64,000 nt of DNA, taken from positions 1-64,000 of the forward strand of contig CAVYSY010000003.1 of NCBI GenBank assembly GCA_963771175.1. Direction: 5' to 3'. Below the pieces are notes generated by a model, which saw only the letters and a list, made by a program, of their open reading frames with translations, was not told the origin of the DNA and ran no database searches. The translations under genes and the position numbers were made by a program. This DNA is from an uncultured delta proteobacterium (GTDB lineage Bacteria; Myxococcota; Myxococcia; Myxococcales; Myxococcaceae). Numbering within the stretch: position 1 is the first letter of the stretch; every line of letters begins with the position of its first letter. Positions 40,565 through 53,360 of the stretch are shown one piece after another.

Positions 40565-43500
40565 GTGAATCTCGAATCCCCGCAGACGACCCCAGGACCG
40601 GAGCTCCCGCCCCCGTCTCCTCCCCAGCCGCCCGCCCCGCCGCGGGGGCCCCGGGAGGAGCCGCGCTCACGAGGCGTGGAGAGACTGCTCGCCGCGGTGC
40701 GCGCCCGCCAGCGCCGCCTGCTGTGGCTGCAGGGCGTGTTGCTGGGGACCGCCGCCCTCCTCGTGCTTTGGGTGGCCGGTGGCTTCCTCGCGCTCGCCGC
40801 TCCGGGGCTCGGCCGCTGGGTGATGTTCCTGTCCCCGGTGGTGGGCGCGCTCGTGGCGTGTGCCTTCGGCGTGGGGCTCGCCCTGCGCACCGTGGGCGAC
40901 GACGTCCGCACCGCGCGCCTCATCGGCGAGCACCGGCCCGAGCTGTCCCTGGACGTGCTCGCCGCGGTGGAGCTGTCGCGCACGCGCGGCGGCCCCGAGG
41001 CCCCTCACTCGGCGGACCTCGCGGACGCCTTCCTGCGGCAGATGGACCTGCGCGCCGGGCAGGTGGACGCGGGCACGGTGGTGGACGGCACGCGCCTCAA
41101 GCACGCGGGCCTCGTGCTGGGCGGCGTGGTGCTGGTGCTCGCGGTGGTGCTGGGCCTCGCGGGCGCGCAGTGGCGCGCGGGGCTGACCAAGGCGCTCGAG
41201 TCCGCGAGCCGCATCGGCCAGCCCGAGCAGCGCGAGCCCATCACCGGCGACATCGAGCTGACGTACCGCTACCCGGCCTACACGGGGCTCGCCCCGCGCA
41301 CCGTGCCCGGCACCAATGGCGAGGTGAGCGCCCCGGCCGGCACCGAGGTGCAGCTCAAGACGCGCTCCGATCGCGAGGTGGAGCGCGCGGAGCTGCGTCG
41401 TCAATGGCGAGACGCTCCCCCTCACCGTCACCGGCAAGCGCGAGCTGACGGGCACCTTCGTGGCGAAGAAGACGGGCAACTACCACTTCGTCTTCTACGG
41501 CACGGGCCGCGAGGCCATCGCCACCGGGCCGGACATCCCGCTCAACGTGGAGGCGGACGCCCCTCCCCAGGTGAGCCTGCTCACCCCCGCGGCGGAGCTG
41601 GAGATCGACCCGGGCCAGAAGGTGACGCTCAAGTACGAGGCCACCGACGACTACGGCCTCGGCGGGCCTCGCGCTCGTCTTCCGCACGCCCGGCGCGAAG
41701 GAGGAGACGCGCGTCTCCCTGCCTCGCGAGGACAGCCGGCGCAGCCGCGGCACCCATGACTGGGACCTGGGCACCCTGAAGCTGCAGCCGGGAGACCGCG
41801 TCACCTACTACGTCGAGGCGAAGGACAACGACGCGGTGGAGGGCCCCAAGCGGGGCGTCAGCCGCACCCAGGTGCTGCGCGTCTACAGCGCCGCCGAGCA
41901 CCGGCGCCTCGCCCTGGAGAAGGCCGAGGCGCTCTGGGACCGCATGGTGGACCACCTCGCGGACCGGCTGGAGGGCCCCGAGCGGGAGAAGGTGAGGACG
42001 CCGGAGAAGGTGGCCTCGGCGCAGTCGGTGGACACCAACGGCCTGACACTGGTGGGGGACATGCGCGCGCTCGCCCAGGAGCTGCGCCGCGAGCGCGACG
42101 CGCCCGCCGAGCTCGTCACCGCGCTCGCCAACATCTCCGCCACGCTGGGCGTGCGGGTGCGCGCCACCTCGGACTTCCGGCGCGTCTACCTGCGCACCCA
42201 GCAGCGCCGGCAGGGCGATGACTTCGGCACCGGGGCCCGCCTGGGCGCGCTGGTGGAGGAGGAAATCACCGAGCTGGAGAAGGACGTCCTCTACCTGGAG
42301 TCCCTGCTGGACCGGCAGAAGCTGGAGGAGCTGCAGGAGCTGGCCAAGCAGCTCGCCAACGAGCGCCGCGAGCTCGCGCGCCTCATCGAGGAGTACAAGC
42401 AGAACCCCGACGAGCAGACGCGCGAGCAGGTGATGCAGCAGATTCAGGAGATGCGCTCGCGCATCAACGAGCTGATGCAGCGCATGGCCGAGCTGCGCCA
42501 GGGCATCCGCGACGAGCACCTCAATGCCGAGGCCCTTCAGGAGATGATGAAGGACCAGGACATGCAGAGCGCGCTCGACGAGGTCGAGAAGCTGATGCGC
42601 GAGGGCAAGACGGACGAGGCGCTCGCCAAGCTGCAGGAGCTGTCCATGCAGATGGACGAGATGCTCAACGGCCTCGACGAGGCGCAGGACGAGTTCGGCG
42701 ACCGAGCAGTACCCCGAGCTGGCGCAGAAGTTCGGCCAGTTCATGGACGAGCTGCAGAAGACGGCGCAGGAGCAGCAGCGCGTGGCCGACGCCACCAAGG
42801 CGCTGCGCGACCAGGCGCGGCAGCAGAACAAGGAGCGGCTGTCCGAGCGCGGCAAGGGGATGAAGGACGAGCTGCAGCGTCAAATCGAACAGGTCCAGAA
42901 GGACTACAAGCAGCTCCGGCCGGACGAGCTCAACAGCCGGGCCTCCCGGCCCCTGGAGGAGGCGCAGGCCGAGCTGGAGAACGCGAGGAACGCGCTGAAG
43001 GTGGACGACTTCGACCTCGCGGCCGAGTCGACGCAGCGGGCCTCGGAGGCCTCGCAGCAGCTCGCCATGTACGGGCGAGCAGCAGCGCGCGCTGGACGAG
43101 ATGTCCGGCAACCCCGACGGAGGTGCGGAAGCAGTCCACGCAGCTCGCCGAGCAGCTGCGAGAAGGACGCGAAGTCGGTGGAGGACGTGAACCGCAAGCT
43201 GCAGTCGCTCTTCCCGCCGCCGGGCTCGCAGATGAGCCAGCAGGAGAAGCAGCAGCTGCAGCAGCTCGCCCAGGAGCAGCAGGCAGCTGGAGCAGAAGGC
43301 CAAGGGCCTGCGCCAGCAGATGGAGGAGATGGAGCAGATGGCGCCGCTCTTCGGCCAGGAGGCCGGGGAGCAGATGGACGAGATTGGCCGAGCGCATGGG
43401 TGAGGCGGCGCAGCGGATGCAGGGCAAGGACGCCAACCGGGGCTACGGCGAGCAGCAGGCGGCGCTGGAGGGCCTGCAAGCAGTTCCAGCAGCAGATGAA

Positions 43501-43734
43501 GGAGAGCCAGCGCGGCCAGGGCAAGGGGCGCGGGCTGCCGCTGCCCATGGGCATCGGCGGCCGGCAGGAGGGCAACGGGAGCGCGATCCGCGCGACAAGG
43601 TGGAGATTCCGGACGAGGACGCCTACCAGGCGCCGAAGGAGTTCCGCAAGGACCTGCTGGACGCGATGAAGCAGGGCGCGCCCGAGAAGTACCGGGACCA
43701 GGTGAAGCGCTACTACGAGGAGCTGGTGAAGTGA
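40565..43734 (+). CDS. DUF4175-like membrane coiled-coil protein (frameshifted)
   Basis: N-terminal TMs, YPAYTG, DDYGL, AKDND, Q/E-rich coils, C-terminal VKRYYEEL. Confidence 0.8.
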
Positions 43735-43747
43735 GCGCGGGACTCAC

Positions 43748-45532
43748 GTGAGGCAGCGGGCTCGCGTGAGCCTCCTCGCCGCGCTGCTCGGCCTGTGCCT
43801 GCTCCTCGCCACGGGCGCTCAGGCCGCAGGAGCCGCTCAAGGGCGAGGCCAAGGCGCGACTGGGCAAGGTCGAGCAGCGCCTGGACGACTGGGACGTGCC
43901 GGCGCGCGCGGCGGGAGCTGGCGGCGCTGGAGCGGCTCGTCCCCGCGGACATCGAGCCGCTCAAGTACTTCCAGGGCCGGGTGGCCTTCGAGGAGGGCCA
44001 CTACGCCGAGGCGGTGCGAGCTGCTCGCAGGGCGCCGACATCGAGGACAAGCCGGGCAGCTACCTGCGGCTGGCCAAGGACACCGCGCGACATCGTGAAG
44101 GACCACGCGCGCGCCGAGAGCGAGCACTTCATCTTCTTCTACCCCAAGGGGAAGGACGAGGTGCTGGTGCCCTACGCGCTGGAGACGCTGGAGGCCATCC
44201 ACGCGCGCGCTCGACGAGGACCTCGGGCTACGCGCCGCCGGGCGGAAGATGCGCGTGGAGGTGGTGAACAACGCGCGCGAGCTGGCCAAGGTGTCGCACG
44301 CTCACCTACGAGCAGATTCAGCACCACCGGCACCATCGCCATCTGCAAGTTCAACAAGCTGATGGTGACCAGCCCCAAGGCGGTGGCGCGCGGCTACGAC
44401 TGGCAGGACACGCTGGCGCACGAGTACGTGCACCTGGTGGTCGAGCCAGATGAGCCACAACACCGTGCCCATCTGGCTGCACGAGGGCCTGGCCAAGTAC
44501 CTGGAGTCGCGCTGGCGCGGCAAGCCGGGGCTGGCGATGACGCCCTCGACGCTGGCGCTGCTGGGCAGGCGGGTGAAGAAGGACAAGCTCATCCCCTTCG
44601 AGAAGATGCACCCGTCGATCGCGCTGCTGCCCACGGCCGAGGACGCCGCCACCGCCTTCGCCGAGGTCTTCTTCGCCATCGACTACGTGCACTCGACGCA
44701 GGGCAACGCGGGCCTGCGCGAGCATCATCCTCGGCCTGCGCGACGGCGGGCAGCGGACCACAAGGCGGTGGAGGCGGCCACGGGCATGCCCTTCGCCGAC
44801 CTTCGAGAAGGCCTGGCTCGCGCACATCAAGAAGCAGCCCTTCCCCAAGGAGCTGCTCCCCGCGCACGAGGAGGTGGTGCTCAAGGAGGACGCCAAGGAC
44901 GAGGACGAAGAAGAAGAAGGGCCGGGAGATCTCCTTCGGCGACTTCGCGGAGGTGACGGAGGTGCCGGCGCGCAAGTTCGCGCACCTGGGCGAGCTGATG
45001 CGCGAGCGCAACCGCATCAAGGCCGCCGCCGAGGAGTACGCGCAAGGCGCACAAGCTGGTGGGCGACAAGTACGAGTCGCGTGTCCAACAAGTACGCGCT
45101 GACGCTGCTCGAGCTGCGGCGGCTGGACGAGGCCGAGCAGGTGCTGCGCGGCTCGCCTGCGCGTGCACCCCGGCTCGCCGAGCACCAACGTGCACCTGGG
45201 GCGCATCCTCCTGTTCCGCAAGGACTACGGCGAAGGCCAGGCAGGCCTACCTGGAGGCGCTCGCGGCGGACCCGTTCGACCCGGAGATCCACCTGGCGCT
45301 CATGCGCATCCACGGGGCGCTCGGCGAGACGGCGCTCGTCACGCGCACGCGGGCGGCGAGCGTGGTGCTCACCGGCCTCGAGGCCGAGGAGGTGGACCGG
45401 GTCTCCCAGGAGCTCATGCGCGAGGACTCGGAGCTGGTCGAGACCGAGGACTTCGGGAAGGGCGACTCGGGCAAGGACGGTGCGCCCGCGAAGGCTCCGG
45501 CCGCGGCCCCCGCGAAGGACGGCGGCAAGTAG
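43748..45532 (+). CDS. TPR / peptidase MA-like metalloprotein (frameshifted)
   Basis: TLAHEYVH, PIWLHEGLA; TPR-like segments. Confidence 0.8.
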
Positions 45533-45607
45533 TCACTCGGAGTCACACCGCCCGATGAAGGCGGTTCGTGGTAATCCGCGCGCTGGGAGGAGAGGCTCCC
45601 AGCGTCG

Positions 45608-47008
45608 ATGAACCCTTCAGTCCCCCTCAGACCCGCGTGGGAGCGGAGACTGGCCGTGGCGGGGGCCGTCCTCGCCATCGTGGTGGTGGCGCTCAAGCGC
45701 GGCCGGCAGCACCCGGACGAGGTCTTCCAGTTCCTGGAGCCCGCTCATGGGCTCGCCTTCGGGTACTGGCTCGTCGCCTGGGAGTGGGTGGCGGGCCTGC
45801 GCAACTGGGCCGTCCCCGGGGTCCTCGGAGGCATTCTCGCGCTGTGCGGGCGGTTGGGGCTCACCCAGGCGTGGGCCCTGGCCTCGGTGGTGTGGGCCTG
45901 CTGTGCCACGGTGCAGGCGTGGGGCGCCGTGGCGCTGTTCCGGCTCGTCGAGGAACGAGACGGTCGCGAGGCCGCGCTCCTGGCCACGGCCATCCACGTC
46001 ACCTGGGGCGGGTGGCTCCTCTATGCCGCGAGACCGCTCGCGGACTCGCTGAGCGTGGCCCCGCTGCTGGGCGCGCTCCTGTGGGCCTGGCGTGCTCGCG
46101 CGCGAGACGGCCTGCGCGAGGGCTTCTGGAGTGGCCTCCTGCTGGGCGTGGCGTTCGTGGTGCGTTACCCCTCGGCGGTGTTCGGCGTGCCCATCGCCGT
46201 GAGCCTGCTGGCCGCGCGGCACTGGCGCTCGCTGGCGGGCGGCGCGCTGGGGGTGGGCGTGGTGCTGCTGGGGCTCGGCCTGCTCGACTGGCTTACCTGG
46301 GGCATGCCCTGGCACTCCGTCTGGAAGTACGTCGAGTTCAACATCCTCGCCGGTGGCTCGGAGAAGTTCGGCATCAAGCCCTGGTGGTGGTACCTCCCCA
46401 CCCTCGCGGGCATGGTGCCGCTGCTGCTCGCCTGGCACTTCGGGCGCGGGCTGGCCCGGAGAGACCTGCTCGTCGGCGCCTTCGCCGTCTACCTCGGGGT
46501 CGTGATGGCGCTGGCGCACAAGGAGGTGCGCTTCCTCGCGCCGCTGCTGCCGCTCTTCGTGGCCCTCGCGGCCGGGCCGGCGTGGCGCACCCTCTCGCAA
46601 CGGGTGCGCTCCCGCCGGGCGGTGGGCGGGCTCGTGGGCGTGTACGCGCTCTCCTCGCTGGCGGCGGCCACCGTGCAGATGCCGGGCGGACTGTGCACGG
46701 AGCAGATCGACGCCCTCGTCTTCGCCGGGCAGGACCCCGCGCTCACGGGCATCCTCGTCGCCGGCCAGAAGGAGTGGAATGTCAGCGGCCGGTTCTACCT
46801 GCGCCGCGACGTGCCGATACTCGTGCGCCCCGAGCACCAGGTGCGAGAACTGTACGGCCCGCTCCAGGAGCCACAGTTCTCCCATGTGCTCGTCCACAAG
46901 GCGGCGATCGGGGAGCACGAGCTGGAGACGGCCGGGTTCTGCGTCCAGCGGGAGTGGGGCCCGACGGCGCTCTGGAAGCGCTGCCCGCCTCAACTCTCTC
47001 GCGAGTAG
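45608..47008 (+). CDS. Alg9/PIG-B-like (GT22) mannosyltransferase
   Basis: HPDEVFQFLE, WEW..GLR, HKEVRF; multi-TM. Confidence 0.85.
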   Translation: MNPSVPLRPAWERRLAVAGAVLAIVVVALKRGRQHPDEVFQFLEPAHGLAFGYWLVAWEWVAGLRNWAVPGVLGGILALCGRLGLTQAWALASVVWACCATVQAWGAVALFRLVEERDGREAALLATAIHVTWGGWLLYAARPLADSLSVAPLLGALLWAWRARARDGLREGFWSGLLLGVAFVVRYPSAVFGVPIAVSLLAARHWRSLAGGALGVGVVLLGLGLLDWLTWGMPWHSVWKYVEFNILAGGSEKFGIKPWWWYLPTLAGMVPLLLAWHFGRGLARRDLLVGAFAVYLGVVMALAHKEVRFLAPLLPLFVALAAGPAWRTLSQRVRSRRAVGGLVGVYALSSLAAATVQMPGGLCTEQIDALVFAGQDPALTGILVAGQKEWNVSGRFYLRRDVPILVRPEHQVRELYGPLQEPQFSHVLVHKAAIGEHELETAGFCVQREWGPTALWKRCPPQLSRE

Positions 47009-47047
47009 CCCGCCGCCGAGGTGGCCCCCTCACGAGCTTCCCTCGCA

Positions 47048-47782
47048 TCATGCGTGGTGCATGGGCCGCGGCTCGACGACCAGCTTGAGCAACCCTCGTT
47101 CCTCCAGCAGCTTCTGGACGCGCCACGCGAGGGCCACGTGTTCGGGGTTGCTCGGGCTGAGGCGCTCGGGAGTCAGGATGACGAGCGTGCCCTTGTCGCC
47201 TACTGGCTCCACCCGGACGGGCGCGGGCAGGGCAGGCACCTCACCACGCTCTCGCGAGAAATACGTCATCCACCCCAGGAAGCAGCCGAGCCGACTGCCG
47301 CCGGAGAGCTGGTTCCAGAGTCCGTCCGCCGTCGCGAGCGCCCACTCCGGTTCCCAGGCCAACGCAACGGCACGCATGACGTCGGCGACAACGGGCGCGC
47401 TGAGCATCCGCTCGTGACCCAGGGCCTCCTCGGGGTAGAAGAGCCACAGGAAGTTCGGCGCGACCTCCGCCTTCGACCCACACCTGAGCATGACCATACC
47501 GCCTTGGTCCTGCTTCACGTGCCCCGTCCACGCACCAAATGAAAAGCCGTCCGAGCCGCTCTGATACTTCTTCTTTCCGAAGAAGCTCAGGAAGCTCTCA
47601 TGCGTGGGCTCGAATCCGAGCTGAAGCGACGTCCGGGTGGAATTGTTCTGCTCGTACCAGCGCGCGTAGCTCGGATGGCACTTCGCGAGGAGCCGGAAGA
47701 ATGTCTCCGCACGCCGAGCACATTCCTCAGCCGACTCTGGCCGCCCTCCCCAATAGGCTTTAATTCCGTAAGACTCGCTCAT
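47048..47782 (-). CDS. Imm52-like immunity protein
   Basis: YWGGRPESAEECARRA, AWEPEW, GWMTY, VEPVGDKGTLVILTPER. Confidence 0.85.
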   Translation of the reverse strand: MSESYGIKAYWGGRPESAEECARRAETFFRLLAKCHPSYARWYEQNNSTRTSLQLGFEPTHESFLSFFGKKKYQSGSDGFSFGAWTGHVKQDQGGMVMLRCGSKAEVAPNFLWLFYPEEALGHERMLSAPVVADVMRAVALAWEPEWALATADGLWNQLSGGSRLGCFLGWMTYFSRERGEVPALPAPVRVEPVGDKGTLVILTPERLSPSNPEHVALAWRVQKLLEERGLLKLVVEPRPMHHA

Positions 47783-47794
47783 GCGTGACGGCCC

Positions 47795-48007
47795 TCATTG
47801 CACTGGCTGCGTGTACACGACCTCAATCGCGTTGAGGCCGCGAGCGTCGAAATGCTTCCGAAGAACCGCGACCATCCGCTCCTCCGCGACGTGCCACCGC
47901 AGGCGCATTCCTCTCGCGACCCGGAACTGCCGCTCCGCCTGCTCAAGCATGCCTTTGAGCCCCTGGTTGAGCCTGCCCCGATTTCGTGGAGAGTTCCATT
48001 GTCTCAT
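47795..48007 (-). pseudogene. C-terminal remnant of a Tox-REase-5-like toxin
   Basis: QAERQ...A.G..LRWHVAE...IEVVYT directly upstream of Imm52; no catalytic N-terminal part. Confidence 0.65.
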
Positions 48008-48031
48008 CCCATCAGCAGGATATTGATGACA

Positions 48032-48617
48032 TCAGGGCAGGTTGGCCAGATCGTTGCTGAGGAGAGCATCAAGCAACGAGGGTTCTCCTCCATTGAGGTA
48101 GTAGATGCAGCGGCCCGGAATGGGGCACGTTTGCCAGCTCGAGTGGGAACGGCCGGTAGTTAAGTTCCCGCGCGAGGTGCTGCGCGAGCCGCTTCGCGTG
48201 CGGCCTGATTTCGTCCGGTGGCTGCAAGAAGAACTGCGGCCGGGCGCATGAGCCATCGGCTCGGATGTGCTGCACCGTGGCGTAAACGAGATACAGCGGG
48301 GCAAGCACGCTCACGGCGCCAGCCATGCGGGTCAGAACCCGCCCCCCCTCCGGTAGAGGGCTCTCCAGGTACACGCAACACCGGAGACAGGCGGACAGAC
48401 CGGGCTGCGTCACGTTCCCGACGGGACGACCGGGAAATGCAGCCCTGAGTCCACCGAGAAGAGAGGCCCAGCGCTCCCAGGCCAGAGCCCTATCCCAGGC
48501 CTCGGACCAGCGCTGGAATTCGGGACTGGACCTGTCGATGTCGATGAAGACAGTGCTTCCAAGAGGGTAGTGGTGGTGCGCGATGCGGATGAGCTCTGCT
48601 TTCGTAAAGGCCCTCAT
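48032..48617 (-). CDS. Hypothetical protein, putative immunity partner (frameshift ~48120)
   Basis: Start overlaps the upstream stop (ATGA); C-terminus PSLLDALLSNDLANLP in another frame. Confidence 0.6.
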
Positions 48618-49126
48618 GGCTTGGAAGACTTCGGGATGTCGAAGGGGATAGTTTCGATGCCTTTGGAGACACAAGCTCCCACCTGGGCACCCGGATGCTT
48701 CTCCTTGAGCATCAGGTCATAGAGAGTTTTGAACTCATTGCACAACACGGCGATCATCTGACCACGCTTGGCCTTGGAGAGGACCCTGTACGCAGCACGA
48801 TTGGCCATTTCCGCCGCGTCCTGCTGGGCGATCGCCAAACGGATTTCCCTCTGGCCATTCCGCAACGGGAGACCAACCTCGAACTTGCATACGGAAGTCG
48901 CTCCCGAGTCGCCCTCCGTGAGACGGGCGTGGATGCAGACCGCTCGCCATCCGCCCGGTTGCGCCTCGGATTCCTCGACGGTCGTTGTGAACCAGAAGTG
49001 CTCAGGAGAGATGCGTCCGACGACGGTGTTGCGGTAAGCACATCCTGCTTGAGCGCTGACCCCCAATAGCAGGAGGCAAGCGAGCAACCTTGAGCGTGGA
49101 GACCAGCAACTCCGTGGGGACGCCAT
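48614..49126 (-). CDS. Small Cys-containing exported protein/lipoprotein
   Basis: SD GGAAAGAGG; LLLLGVSAQAGC; less GC-biased codons. Confidence 0.65.
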   Translation of the reverse strand: MASPRSCWSPRSRLLACLLLLGVSAQAGCAYRNTVVGRISPEHFWFTTTVEESEAQPGGWRAVCIHARLTEGDSGATSVCKFEVGLPLRNGQREIRLAIAQQDAAEMANRAAYRVLSKAKRGQMIAVLCNEFKTLYDLMLKEKHPGAQVGACVSKGIETIPFDIPKSSKP

Positions 49127-49140
49127 GCCTCTTTCCCCTT

Positions 49141-51818
49141 TCAGGCCTTGCCCACCACCTTCTTCAGGAAGCCCCAGAAGCGGCCGGAGCGCTCCTTGAG
49201 GTCCTGGCCTCGGCGCTCCTCGGCCGCCTTCGCCACGTCCGAGGCCACGCCCAACCGCTGCCGCAGCTCGTCCGGCGTGTAGCGCGTCGCCAGCGTCGCC
49301 TTCACTTCCTTGCGCGTCGAGTACTCCTGCGCGTTCACGTGCAGCACGCACTCCGCGTCCAGCCGCAGCGTCACCGCCACCCGCACCGAGCCCTTCGGCC
49401 CCTTCGGTAGCCCCTCCAGCCGTACCGTCCCCAGATACTCGTTCGCCGCGATGTGCGTGTCCTCTCCCTGGAAGACGGACAGCTCCATCACCTCTTCGTT
49501 GTCCCGCGTCGTCGAGATGGCGAACGAGCGCTGCGCCGGCAGCGGCGTGTTGCGCTCGATGACTCGCGTGAAGGCGCCTCCCGGCATCGCCACGCCAATC
49601 GTCATCGGCAGCACGTCGATGAGCACCACGCTCGTCACCTTGTCCACGGCGCTCGAGTACAGCGCCGCGCCCAGGGCCACCGCCTCGTCCGTGTTCACGC
49701 CCGCGAGCGGAGGCTTGCCGAACACCTCCTTGAGCTTCTCGCGCACCAGCGGCATGCGGCTCTGGCCACCCACCAGCAGGATGTCGTCGACCTCTCCCGG
49801 CCGCAGCTTCGCGTCCAGCAGCACGTCACGCACCACGTCCAGCGTGCGCATCACCAGCGGCAGGCACACCCGCTCCATCTCCGCGCGCGTGAGCGTGACG
49901 TGCAGGTCTCGTGGCTGCCCCGTCTCGTCCATCATCAGCATCGGGATGTGGACCTCGTAGGAGTTGCTCTCCGAGAGCGCCACCTTCGCGCGCTCGGCGG
50001 CGTCCGTCACCCGCGACAGCGCGATGCGGTCTCCCTGGAAGTTCACCTTCTCCGTCTGCTGGAAACGCTCCAGCAGCAGGTCCACCAGGAGGTTGTCGAA
50101 GTCCATGCCTCCCAGGAAGATGTCGCCACCCGTGGACAACACCTCGAACACGTTCTTGTCGATGCGCAGGATGGTCGCGTCGAAGGTGCCGCCGCCCAGG
50201 TCATAGACGAGCACCTTCTTGGCCAGGTCCCGGTTGAGCCCGTAGGCCAGCGCCGCCGAGGTGGGCTCATTGAGGATGCGCTCCACCTTCAGCCCCGCCA
50301 TCCACCCCGCCCGGCGCACCGCCTCGCGCTGTGGCTCCGAGTAGTACGCCGGCACCGTCACCACCGCGCGCTCCACCTTCTGCCCCAGGTGCTGCTCCGC
50401 CAGCTCCTTGCACTCGCGGAGGACGATGCCCTGCACCTCCTCCAGCGACAGCACGTTCTCGCCCATCCGCACCGCCGCCCGGCCACGCGTGTCGGGGACG
50501 ATCTGATAGTGGAAGCGCTCGCGCACCTGGTTCACCACCGCGCTGTCGAAGGGGCGGCCCACCAGGCGCTTCGCGCCGTAGATGGTCTGCTCGGGGCGCA
50601 GCAGCACCTGGCTCTTCGCGCGGTGGCTCACCAGCAGCTTGCCCTGCGTGGACAGCGACACCACCGAGGGGATGGTGTTGTAGCCCTCGCGCGAGCGCAG
50701 CACCGTGGGCTTGTTGTTCGTCACCACCGCCACGCACGAGTTGGTGGTACCCAGGTCGATGCCAATGACCGGGCCCTTGCCCTCGAGGATCGCGGGCGGC
50801 GTCAGGAAGATGGTGCGCACCTGGCCCGGCGAGCTCTTGGGCTCGGGGGGCAGCGGTGCGGCCGGCTTCGCGGCCGGCGCGAGCACGGGTGCCGCGGACT
50901 GCGCGACCGCCTGGGGCTGTGCCGGAGCGGCTGGCGCGGCCGGAGCTGGAGCCACGGGACGCACGCTGGAGGGCTCGGGCCTCCTCGGCGGAGGCCTGCG
51001 CTGAGGCTGCCCCGCCACGGGCCGGGCGAACTCGAGCGGCTCGTCATCGTCGGAGGACTCCAGCTCCAGCTCCACCGCGCTGCTGGCCTGCGCGGTGCGC
51101 ACGGGCTGCGGCGCGGGCACGGGCGCGGACGTGGCCGCCCCCGAGAGGTCCAGATCGAACTCCTGCCCACCTCCGGGCTGCCTCGGGGGCGGCGTCGCGA
51201 TGGTCGGCATCTCGCGCGTCGGCCTCTCGAACACATCCAGCGAGGTGTTCGGCTCGGGCGTGCTGGCGATGAGCTCGTCGAGCGGAATGTCGACGGCGGT
51301 GAGGGGGGAGAAGGCGGCGGCACGATGGGCCGTGCCACGGGCGCTGCCGGGGCCGCCGATGCCACGGCGGGAATCCTCGACGTCAGAGGTGGAAGCACCG
51401 GGGCAACGGACGGAGTCACGGGCACGCTCGGCGGAGCGGCCACCGGCGGCGGGGCGGTCGGCCGTGGAGCCTCCACGGACGCCTCACCCTTGCGCTGCAG
51501 CATCCGATCGACGAGCGCCTGCGAGGCCGGCTCCAGCTCCGTGAACTGGATGCCCATGCCCGGGGGGCCGGACAGATCCTCGGGGGGCCGGACCCAGCGC
51601 ACCACCGCCGAGCCTCGCAGCACCCGGACTCCGTCGGCGATCCGCACCTCGAACTTCACCGGAGTGCCCACCGGCTGTGGCTCGCGCGAGCGGATGAACA
51701 TGCCCCCGGGGCTGATGTTGACGGCGAACTCCTCGACGAAGCTGCCGATGTCCGTGTGCTTGAGCTTCACGAGCAGACCCACGGACTTTCGATCCGTGGC
51801 GCGCCGACCCTGATCCAT
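49141..51818 (-). CDS. PilZ (TIGR02266)-Hsp70 fusion protein (frameshift ~51300)
   Basis: RRATDR and NISPGG; IGIDLGTTNS, VVTVPAY, NEPTSAA, YDLGGGTFD. Confidence 0.9.
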
Positions 51819-51890
51819 AGGCTCCGACTGTCGCGGGTCCGACAGGCTCGCTCAAGTCTTAATGTTCTCTCTCGCCCTCCTGCCGGCCGA

Positions 51891-53360
51891 TCATCCGGCC
51901 CAGGTGGGCTCATGGGCGACTCCCGCCCACGCTTCTCCCCCGCGCGACGTGCCTGGAAGGCCGCTTGCCTGGAGACCTGACAGGTCGTTCTCGCATCCCG
52001 GAAAAGTACGGACGGAGCACTCAGGGGCCGAGCAGCCGCAGGAAGGCCTCCTGGTCCCACGCGTCGCCCGCGCCCGCGCCCCGTGCCGCTGGTTGCCGAG
52101 GAGCGTGAGGCCCCGACCCGGGACGAAGCCCAACGCGGTGCTCGTCACCGGGCAGCCGCCCTCGGGGCACGCGCCGGGAGACAGCGTGCGCTGGTCGCGC
52201 GGCGTTCCCTCCGGCGCGTACGCGCTCAGCACGCCGCCACAGGCCGCCACCACCCGCGCCCGGTCATCCACCGACACCACCGGGGGAGCCGGCCGGGCGC
52301 CGCATGGCGAGCGAATGGAGCCAGCGCTCGGCACCCTCCGGCCCCGCGGCGAGCGCGAAGGCCCCGGAGCCGGTGAGCGTGCGTCCCGCCCCACGACAGG
52401 GAGCCGCGGAACTCACCCACCAGCGCCACGCCTCCGTCCGGGCCCGGCTTCAGCCCGGTGACGTGGCCATCCACTCCTCGCACCTCCTTGCCCCACGCGA
52501 GGCGCCCATCCGACTCGAAGGCGAGCAGCAGCAGTCCCCGTCCGCTCGCGGTCCCGAAGGTGCGGCCGTCCACCGTGAGCGTGCCGACGAGGCGGCCGGC
52601 GAGCAGCGCCTGGCCGGAGGGCATGAACGCCACCGCGTGCAGCTCGCGTCCCCTCGGCCACCGCATCGAGCTGCCGCGTCCAGCGATGGACTCCCTCGGC
52701 ATCGTGGTGAGCGAGCACCGGGAGATGGCCCTCCGGCGTCCACTCCTCGGCCGCGACGAGCACGCCGCCCTCCCCGTCCGCCGCCAGCCCGTACACCTTC
52801 TGTCCCACGCGCCGCTGCCAGAGGGGCTGGCCGTCGCCGGAGAACTTCACGAGGAAGCCGTCGTTGGCCGCGCCCAGGCCGAAGTCCAACGGGTACAGGA
52901 AGGCATTGCCCGTGAGGAAGACGCTCCCCGAGGGCGAGGCCGCCACGCGCGGCGAGGCCACGCGCATGCCGGAGAACTCGCGCGTCCACCGCACCCGGCC
53001 GTCCGGTGCGTACCGGGCCAGGGTGAGGGCACGCCGCTCGCCGGGGACGGGCTCGCGGTCCTCGTCCATGCGCGGCGAGGAGAGCCACACCACGCGGAAA
53101 TGTCCCCCGTGCCGTCCACCGCGAGCCCCGTGCCGGTGTCGTCCTGCGGCCCCCCGAGGCGGTGGAACCAGGGCGTCGGACCCTGGGGCTCGGGCACACC
53201 GGGGCGGGCGAGCCGAGTGCGCGGCGGCTGGAGACTCGGGCGTCGGTCCGTCGGCTCCGAGGCTCCCGAGCCCCCGCATCCCACGGCCAGCGCCAGCAGC
53301 GTCGGCGGGCAGGACCCGGTTCCAGGGACGGGCGGCGTGTACTCGTGACTCTCGGTGCAT
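51891..53360 (-). CDS. Lipoprotein with beta-propeller-like repeats (frameshifted)
   Basis: LLALAVGC; repeated (Y/F)xxDGxxxWxR units across several frames. Confidence 0.6.
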
